Shown: positions 58,465-64,000 of the stretch, one piece after another
Layout: each line of letters starts with the position of its first letter
How positions within the stretch are numbered: the first letter of the stretch is position 1
From: an uncultured Nitrospirales bacterium
GTDB taxonomy: Bacteria; Hydrogenedentota; Hydrogenedentia; Hydrogenedentales; JAGMZX01
Direction: 5' to 3'
DNA: 64,000 nucleotides
NCBI GenBank assembly: GCA_964569295.1
Contig: CAZMVU010000001.1
Coordinates: forward strand, 151,368-215,367
The notes under the pieces: model-generated
What the model saw: the letters and a program-made list of their open reading frames with translations, nothing else
Told to the model about the DNA's origin: nothing
Databases searched by the model: none
Translations under genes and position numbers: made by a program

Positions 58465-59520
58465 ATGCAAATAGGCGTCATCACACCACGGCCTCACCTG
58501 CGTTGCTGCGTCACGGGGGAACGGCATTATCTCACGCGCGTACTCGAAACCCTGCGGGATGCGCAGGATGCCGACCGCTTCGTGATGTTCTGCCCTGAAG
58601 AAGACCGCGCGAGCTATCCCGGTTGGGTGACCGTGCCCATGCGCGCGCCGGGGGCCGCTGAGCGGCTCGGTGCGCTTGTCGGCCGCGGACCCTTTGCCAA
58701 GACAATAGCGCGCGCGCAGGTGGACATGCTCTTCGCGCCGCTCGAAATGGCTCCTGCCGCGGCACCCGTACCCATGAGCGTCTATGTGCTGGACACCTGG
58801 CCCTGGGAACCGCCCCGGGAAAGCGGCATCCCCCCCACTTCGGTCCGCCACGCGCGCCGGGCCTGCCAGGAAGCGCGCGCCATCGTGGTGCCGTCCGAAT
58901 ACACGCGGCGCCGCTGCCTCGAGCTGTTCGACGCCCCCCTGGACAAAATGGTTGTGGCGCCGCCGGGTGTCTCGCGGCACTACGCCCAGCCCCACGAGAG
59001 CATCGTGGCGCCGCCCTATATCATCGTGCTCGGCGCCACCTGCCCCAGCCAGAACCACAGCCGCGTGCTCGCCGCCTGTGAAAACCTCGCCGGCGATATC
59101 CCCCACACCCTGGTCGTCATGGGCGAAGCATGCCATGCGGAACCCGGCGCCTGGCCGGCCCATGTTGTGCGAATCGAGCGCTGCCCCAACGCCCAGCGGG
59201 CCGGCCTTTTCCAGCATGCGGCGGCCGTCGTTTTGCCGGTGTTGCACGAGGGCAGCGGCATAGATGCCCTCGATGTGCTGTGTGCGGGGGCGGTCATCAT
59301 CGCACCCAAGGTGGGCGCCATCCCCGAGGTAGCTGGCAATGCCCCCGTGTATTATAACCACGAGAGCGCCGAATCGCTTCGGCGCACCTTGCGCCGCGTG
59401 CTCGAAGAGCCGCCCACAACCCCCGCCGAGCGCCAGCGCTCAGCCAAACGGGCCATTGACTACAGCTGGGAACGGTGCGCATGGCGCGTGGCGGCGGCAT
59501 TCAAGAAAACCGCGGGGTGA
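58465..59520 (+). CDS. GT1/GT4-like glycosyltransferase (Glycos_transf_1 C-terminal domain)
   Basis: C-terminal EX7E-type region (LPVLHEGSGIDALDVLCAGAVIIAPKVGAIPE). The N-terminal half is divergent. Confidence 0.6.
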   Translation: MQIGVITPRPHLRCCVTGERHYLTRVLETLRDAQDADRFVMFCPEEDRASYPGWVTVPMRAPGAAERLGALVGRGPFAKTIARAQVDMLFAPLEMAPAAAPVPMSVYVLDTWPWEPPRESGIPPTSVRHARRACQEARAIVVPSEYTRRRCLELFDAPLDKMVVAPPGVSRHYAQPHESIVAPPYIIVLGATCPSQNHSRVLAACENLAGDIPHTLVVMGEACHAEPGAWPAHVVRIERCPNAQRAGLFQHAAAVVLPVLHEGSGIDALDVLCAGAVIIAPKVGAIPEVAGNAPVYYNHESAESLRRTLRRVLEEPPTTPAERQRSAKRAIDYSWERCAWRVAAAFKKTAG

Positions 59521-59533
59521 GCGCCTGCCGGGG

Positions 59534-61324
59534 TTAGGGCGCGGGCGTGAGGGGGACGGCCTCCGGAGTCACCGGCGCCACGAAATACCTGTAATTGAAA
59601 CGGCCGGGGGGCGCGGTGTCGCCATTGACCCAGAATTCCATCACGTTGCCTTCCCGCACGAGGTTGTCCGCCCACTTGAACTCGATGTCCAGGGGCGCAT
59701 CGTTATCCAACCCGAGTGCGCTGCGCGGGATGGCCAACTCGATCTCCTTGCCGCGCTTGGCGAAGTGCGCCTCACCTGCGCGCTGCCAGTTCCAACCGGT
59801 TTCAGACACCTCCACAAGCATGCGGTGGGGCCTGGGCATCTGCCGGTTCAGCATGAAATCGTAGCCCTCCCAGCCGGTGTCCTTATCGCGGTCACTATCG
59901 ATGAAGAGCATCATCCAGTGCGGCGCGGCATGAAGGCTGAGGAAGTCCGCGGTACGCGCATAGAAATAGATATTGTCCGCATCGCGGGCAACCTTCATAA
60001 GGGTAAAATCATTGCGGCCGGTACGGTTCACATAGCGTTCATCATCCCCCCAACCGGGGTGTTCACGCTCGACGGCATCGCCCACGTGGTCGCGAAACTC
60101 CGGCATCACATGTGCCCAGTCGTCGAACTCCCCGTCGATCCGTATCGAGACCGGGCCGGAAGCCGGCGGCTGCTTACGCACGCCCTTGTACCGGCGGATA
60201 TTCGCCACCATCTGGTAGTAGTAATTGTCGCCATGGCCGCCGCGCATGGGCTCGATGTCGCGGCTTTTCTCTTGTGTAAACTGGTCGACGAACATGACCG
60301 GCTCGGAAACGCCATTGAATTCCGACAGCCGCATCGCTACCCACTCGTTCCACCCGGTGATGAAGATGAAGCTCGGATCCACGTGCAGCGCGCGCTCCCA
60401 TTGCTCGGCGAAGTTCAGGCCTTTCCCGACGGTCTCCGCTGTGTTCTCCGGATTCTCGCCGTCATGAAAACTGCGGCCCCGCGCACCTTCTTCGCTGAAG
60501 GCCGCCAGGCGATCGCTCACGGCATTCTGCGCCACGCCCACCGTCATCTGTTCGGCATTGCCGGCGGCATCGCGGAAGACATGTTGCGGAAACACCTCGA
60601 GCCAGCCCCACTGGTTCGGCCCGCCGGGACCGGTGAAATACGAAGGGACCGGCTTGCGGAAGGTAAAGAAATTGCGCAAGTCTTCTGGCGACTTGTCCGG
60701 GTCGGCCAAGATCAGCGGCTTGTCCTTCCATTGGAACCAAAGTTCCTTGTGCAGCCCGGGGGCGTAGAGGTCGTCGTGGAGCCGCTGCACGACCTTGCCC
60801 GGATCCCAGAAAGGACACAGAAAAGCAATTCGCGGGGCCGTGCCGCCGAGCTCATCGGCTTGCGCGAACGCCTTGCACAAAGCTTCGTAATTCTCTTTGT
60901 AGGTGGTCTGGTTGGTAACATCGAAAATAACCGCGTCCACCCCGGCATCCGACAACATGCGCGCGTGCTGACCCAACACCCAGGAATCATCGCTGAGGTA
61001 ATAGCCATAGAGCGGCTCGCCCCAATGGTGAAAGGCGTTTTCGGGCCCCCAGGCGTCGAGATCCGGCTTCTGCAGAGCATCGGGGTTTTCGGCGAGAATC
61101 TGCGTGATGTCATGAGGCCCCGTCTGCCCATGCGCACCCAGCCAGAGAAAATAAAAGATGCCCACCGACTTGTCGGCGCGCGGCGGGCCGGTCTCGTCAT
61201 AGCCAGGCAGCTTGCGCCCGAGCGCATCGGTTGCTTCCCAGGTGTCGGCGTAAACATCCCATTCACCAGCATGGAGCGGTACGGCGCAACAAACAAGCAG
61301 GACGGCAATCAGCACGAATCGCAT
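59534..61324 (-). CDS. Secreted glycoside-hydrolase-like protein (TIM-barrel GH-like; family not assigned)
   Basis: Signal peptide (MRFVLIAVLLVCCAVPLHA) and GH-like blocks (DAVIFDVTN ... FITGWNEWVA). A strong GGAGGAG RBS precedes the ATG at 61324. Confidence 0.45.
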   Translation of the reverse strand: MRFVLIAVLLVCCAVPLHAGEWDVYADTWEATDALGRKLPGYDETGPPRADKSVGIFYFLWLGAHGQTGPHDITQILAENPDALQKPDLDAWGPENAFHHWGEPLYGYYLSDDSWVLGQHARMLSDAGVDAVIFDVTNQTTYKENYEALCKAFAQADELGGTAPRIAFLCPFWDPGKVVQRLHDDLYAPGLHKELWFQWKDKPLILADPDKSPEDLRNFFTFRKPVPSYFTGPGGPNQWGWLEVFPQHVFRDAAGNAEQMTVGVAQNAVSDRLAAFSEEGARGRSFHDGENPENTAETVGKGLNFAEQWERALHVDPSFIFITGWNEWVAMRLSEFNGVSEPVMFVDQFTQEKSRDIEPMRGGHGDNYYYQMVANIRRYKGVRKQPPASGPVSIRIDGEFDDWAHVMPEFRDHVGDAVEREHPGWGDDERYVNRTGRNDFTLMKVARDADNIYFYARTADFLSLHAAPHWMMLFIDSDRDKDTGWEGYDFMLNRQMPRPHRMLVEVSETGWNWQRAGEAHFAKRGKEIELAIPRSALGLDNDAPLDIEFKWADNLVREGNVMEFWVNGDTAPPGRFNYRYFVAPVTPEAVPLTPAP

Positions 61325-61433
61325 GGTAAACTCCTCCAGAAGCATGAAACGCATTGGCTACGAGCCTACCGGCATAAGGCGTCCCCGGTCAATGGACGAC
61401 ATGAACATTGCGCCGGATGAAGCAGGACAAGGT

Positions 61434-62831
61434 ATGACAACACAACGCTTCGCGTGCCCCCTTGCAGCGGCGGCAAAGACCTCGCCGGATGCGCCTGTGC
61501 TCCTGTCGCACGAAGGGACAATCTCTTACCGCGAATTCGAGGCGCTCGTGGACCGCAACGCGCTACAACTCCTAACACGCGGCCTGCGCACCGGCGATGT
61601 TGTGGGTCTTGCTGCGCCGCCCTCGCTGGCCACCCTGGGCTGGTTCATGGGGATTGTCCGGGCGGGCGGTGTCGTGTGCCCGGTGGACCCGTGGTTCCCT
61701 GACGACTACAGGCGGGACCTGCTGTCATCGGTGAGTCCTGCCCTCGTGCTGGGGAACACACCCCCCCTTTTCACTGTCATAGATGCTGCGGAAACGCCCT
61801 CCTTGCCGCAGCTCAGCGCCGCACGTCCCGCCACACTGGTGTTTACATCGGGCAGCACAGGTAAGCCCAAAGCCGCATTGCACAGCCTGGCAAACCACCT
61901 GCACAGCGCGCAGCGTGCGAACGCCAACATGCCACTCGCACCGGGCGATGGCTGGCTGCTCTCGCTCGGCATACACCATGCCGCCGGAATCGGGATCCTG
62001 TTTCGGTGCTGGACAGCCGGCGCAGCGGTGGTGCTACCGGAGGATGCGCCGCTGGCCGAGGCCATTCACGATACGCGCGTTACCCATTTGTCGCTCGTGC
62101 CCGCACAATTGGCGCGGATTCTCGAAGACGAAGCGGCCGCCGAACGCCTGCGCACAATGAAAGCCGTTCTGCTCGGCGGGGCAGCGGTGCCGTCGGAACT
62201 CCTGCGGCGGGCACACAACGCCGGGCTGCCCATCCACACGAGTTACGGCATGACCGAGACCGCCAGCCAGATCACTGCCACACGGCCTGGCGACCCGCTG
62301 GAAAAACTGCTCACGAGCGGCCGGCCGCTGGGACCGGGGGCGGTGTGCCTCGCTGAAGAGGACGAGATCACCGTGGGCGGACCAACGCTTTTTCTCGGCT
62401 ATCTCCAAAACGGCAGACTCACGAAACCGTTTACCCCGGATGGCTGGTTCCCAACCGGCGACCTCGGTTCCATCGATGAAGACGGGTACCTCGCAGTGAC
62501 CGGACGCAGGGACAACATGTTTCTCGCCGGCGGGGAGAACGTGCAGCCCGAGGAGGTGGAGGCGGCCTTGTGTGCCTTGCCGGGAGTAGCCGAGGCGGTC
62601 GTGGTACCGGTTCCACATCCTGACTATGGGGCGAGTCCGGCAGCGTTTGTGCGCATGGCCGATGGTTCTATGCCAAATGGCACGGTTTTGCGCGCCGCTT
62701 TGCTTGAGCAGTTACCGAAGTTCAAGGTCGCCCGGCACTGGCTCCCCTGGCCGGAAGACCTCGCGCAAGGCATCAAACTGAACCGGAGGCAACTGGCGGA
62801 ACGGGCGGAGCGGGCGATAAGGGGGGCCTGA
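61434..62831 (+). CDS. AMP-dependent synthetase/ligase (o-succinylbenzoate--CoA ligase MenE-like short acyl-CoA synthetase)
   Basis: AMP-binding motif (TSGSTGKPKA) with YGMTE and GRRDN blocks. About 465 aa. Start chosen at the ATG at 61434; the upstream ORF extension was rejected. Confidence 0.75.
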   Translation: MTTQRFACPLAAAAKTSPDAPVLLSHEGTISYREFEALVDRNALQLLTRGLRTGDVVGLAAPPSLATLGWFMGIVRAGGVVCPVDPWFPDDYRRDLLSSVSPALVLGNTPPLFTVIDAAETPSLPQLSAARPATLVFTSGSTGKPKAALHSLANHLHSAQRANANMPLAPGDGWLLSLGIHHAAGIGILFRCWTAGAAVVLPEDAPLAEAIHDTRVTHLSLVPAQLARILEDEAAAERLRTMKAVLLGGAAVPSELLRRAHNAGLPIHTSYGMTETASQITATRPGDPLEKLLTSGRPLGPGAVCLAEEDEITVGGPTLFLGYLQNGRLTKPFTPDGWFPTGDLGSIDEDGYLAVTGRRDNMFLAGGENVQPEEVEAALCALPGVAEAVVVPVPHPDYGASPAAFVRMADGSMPNGTVLRAALLEQLPKFKVARHWLPWPEDLAQGIKLNRRQLAERAERAIRGA

Positions 62832-62847
62832 AAGCGCCACCGTCTCA

Positions 62848-63876
62848 TCAGGGCGCAACAGACGCCATGTATTTCGCCCAGGCGCTGCTTGCGCGCTCGG
62901 TAAAGGTGTCGTCGTCTTCGCGGATCAGCATGAAGACGGGCAGGTCATGTTCTTCAGCAAAGGCCATGCCCTCTTCCGGCCCGAGCACCATGATCCCCGT
63001 GGCGTAGGCGTCGGCCCAGGCGCATTCGCGGTGCAGCACGGTGACCGAGGCGAGCATGTGGTCCACGGGATAGCCGGTGCGTGGGTCGATGGTGTGCGCG
63101 TAGCGCTTGCCGTCGGCCGTGTAGAAGTTGCGGTAGTCGCCCGAGGTGGCCATGGCCATGTTGTCGAGGGGAACCACCTTCGCGATTTCACGCACGCCTT
63201 CGAGCGGCTTCTCGATCCCGAGGCGCCAGGGCACACCGTCCGGGTTCGTGCCCGCACAGCGCGTCTCTCCCCCCACTTCGACCATGTACCGCGTGATGTC
63301 GAAGGCATCGAGCGATTCCGCAACGACATCCACCGCATAGCCCTTGGCCACAGCCGAAAGGTCACAGTAGAGGTCGGGCCGGGATTTTGCGATGGACGCC
63401 TCGGTTACAGTGAGCATGCCGCTGCCCACGCGCTCACGAAGCGCCTCGATAGTCTTCGCGGGGGGCGGGTCCGCGCGCGCTTCCGGGCCGAAGCCCCACG
63501 CGTTCACGAGTGGTCCCACGGTGATGTCGAAGGCCCCGCCCGTCTGCTCATGCACGGCGAGCGCGATCTTGAAGACTTCGGTGAGACTGGGCAACACCCG
63601 GAAGGGTTTTGTGGAATCCTGCGCATTGAACCGGGACAACAGCGAATCCGGACGGTAAGTGGACATTTCCTGGTTCACATTTTCGAGCAAGAGGGCGCAC
63701 TGTTCCTCGATCTTTTTCGCGGTCCTGGCATCGAATTGGGCGGTTACCTTGACGGTCCAGGTGGTACCCATGGTTTCGCCGCGGAAGACGAGGTAGCTCT
63801 CGCGTGCGCCGCACCCGGCCACGCAAAACGCGAGCGCGGCCACGAGGACCGCGCTGCGTGTGAAGCATTTGGGCAT
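62848..63876 (-). CDS. apbE: FAD:protein FMN transferase ApbE (lipoprotein)
   Basis: Lipobox (LAFCVAGC), ApbE blocks (GETMGTTW ... DITVGPLVN ... SGDY), and a position immediately downstream of nqrF. Confidence 0.88.
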   Translation of the reverse strand: MPKCFTRSAVLVAALAFCVAGCGARESYLVFRGETMGTTWTVKVTAQFDARTAKKIEEQCALLLENVNQEMSTYRPDSLLSRFNAQDSTKPFRVLPSLTEVFKIALAVHEQTGGAFDITVGPLVNAWGFGPEARADPPPAKTIEALRERVGSGMLTVTEASIAKSRPDLYCDLSAVAKGYAVDVVAESLDAFDITRYMVEVGGETRCAGTNPDGVPWRLGIEKPLEGVREIAKVVPLDNMAMATSGDYRNFYTADGKRYAHTIDPRTGYPVDHMLASVTVLHRECAWADAYATGIMVLGPEEGMAFAEEHDLPVFMLIREDDDTFTERASSAWAKYMASVAP

Positions 63877-63883
63877 ACGAAGA

Positions 63884-64000
63884 CTATCCAAAGTCGTCGA
63901 AGAGAATCATTTCTTCCTCGACACCGAGCCTGTCAAGCATATCGAGACAGGCGTTGAGCATGAGCGGCGGCCCACAGATGTAGTACTCGATATCCTCGGG
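63884..64000 (-). CDS. nqrF: Na+-translocating NADH:quinone oxidoreductase subunit F, C-terminal fragment (partial at the window edge)
   Basis: The minus-strand translation ends ... [38 protein letters not shown]. This matches the conserved NqrF C-terminus (... YMCGPPMMN ... LGVE ... IL-DDFG) and is followed by apbE, as in nqr operons. Confidence 0.65.
   Translation of the reverse strand, partial: PEDIEYYICGPPLMLNACLDMLDRLGVEEEMILFDDFG

Noticed and set aside
58144-59361. 405-aa minus-strand ORF, plus 59339..61420 (+) and 45467..46570 (-)
   Set aside because: They are antisense to the GT1, secreted GH-like, and ABC/CDF genes respectively. None has a motif and all have shadow-ORF composition.

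Overview
This is a GC-rich bacterial chromosomal segment, judged by eye with no composition computed. It is almost entirely coding and carries about 50 genes on both strands. Many long ORFs in the six-frame track lie antisense to clearly homologous genes. I treat those as GC-driven artefacts, and I trimmed N-terminal ORF extensions to the first ATG that has a Shine-Dalgarno-like purine run.

Gene content, in order:
- A two-component signalling block: a PAS sensor kinase, an NtrC-type sigma54 activator, and a small GHKL RsbW-like protein.
- A secreted or periplasmic glycan-degradation set: two TAT-signal Gfo/Idh/MocA (GH109-like) oxidoreductases, two BNR/sialidase-like proteins, a DUF1080 protein, a GH78 rhamnosidase, a cytosolic GH38 mannosidase operon, and a further secreted GH-like protein.
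- Housekeeping genes: rsgA, glyQS, lysA, radA-disA-pyrK-pyrD, surE, sat, a TAT-signal Fe/Mn superoxide dismutase (sodA-like), a macro-domain protein, and apbE with the 3' end of nqrF at the window edge.
- Several glycosyltransferases (GT2, GT4, GT1) and a menE-like CoA ligase.
- A second signalling unit of a single-domain REC protein followed by a hybrid PAS histidine kinase, behind an AT-rich leader with a near-consensus sigma70 promoter.
- Two ABC systems. One has its ABC-2 permease fused to a CPBP (CAAX-type) intramembrane protease. The other is a small membrane protein translationally coupled to an ATPase and followed by a CDF transporter.

The accessory-looking spots are these. An antitoxin sits next to a frameshifted RelE/ParE toxin, followed by three tandem 33-bp repeats with inverted partial copies that look like iterons. 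A 28-bp hairpin-forming inverted repeat pair lies between the macro-domain gene and sodA. A ThiS-ThiF fusion stands alone. An inositol-monophosphatase-family protein carries a histone-H1-like K/A/P-rich N-terminal tail.

I did not recognise any tRNA, rRNA, CRISPR array, transposase or integrase. The taxonomic guess is a glycan-degrading, Na+-NQR-containing lineage, possibly PVC-like, with low confidence.
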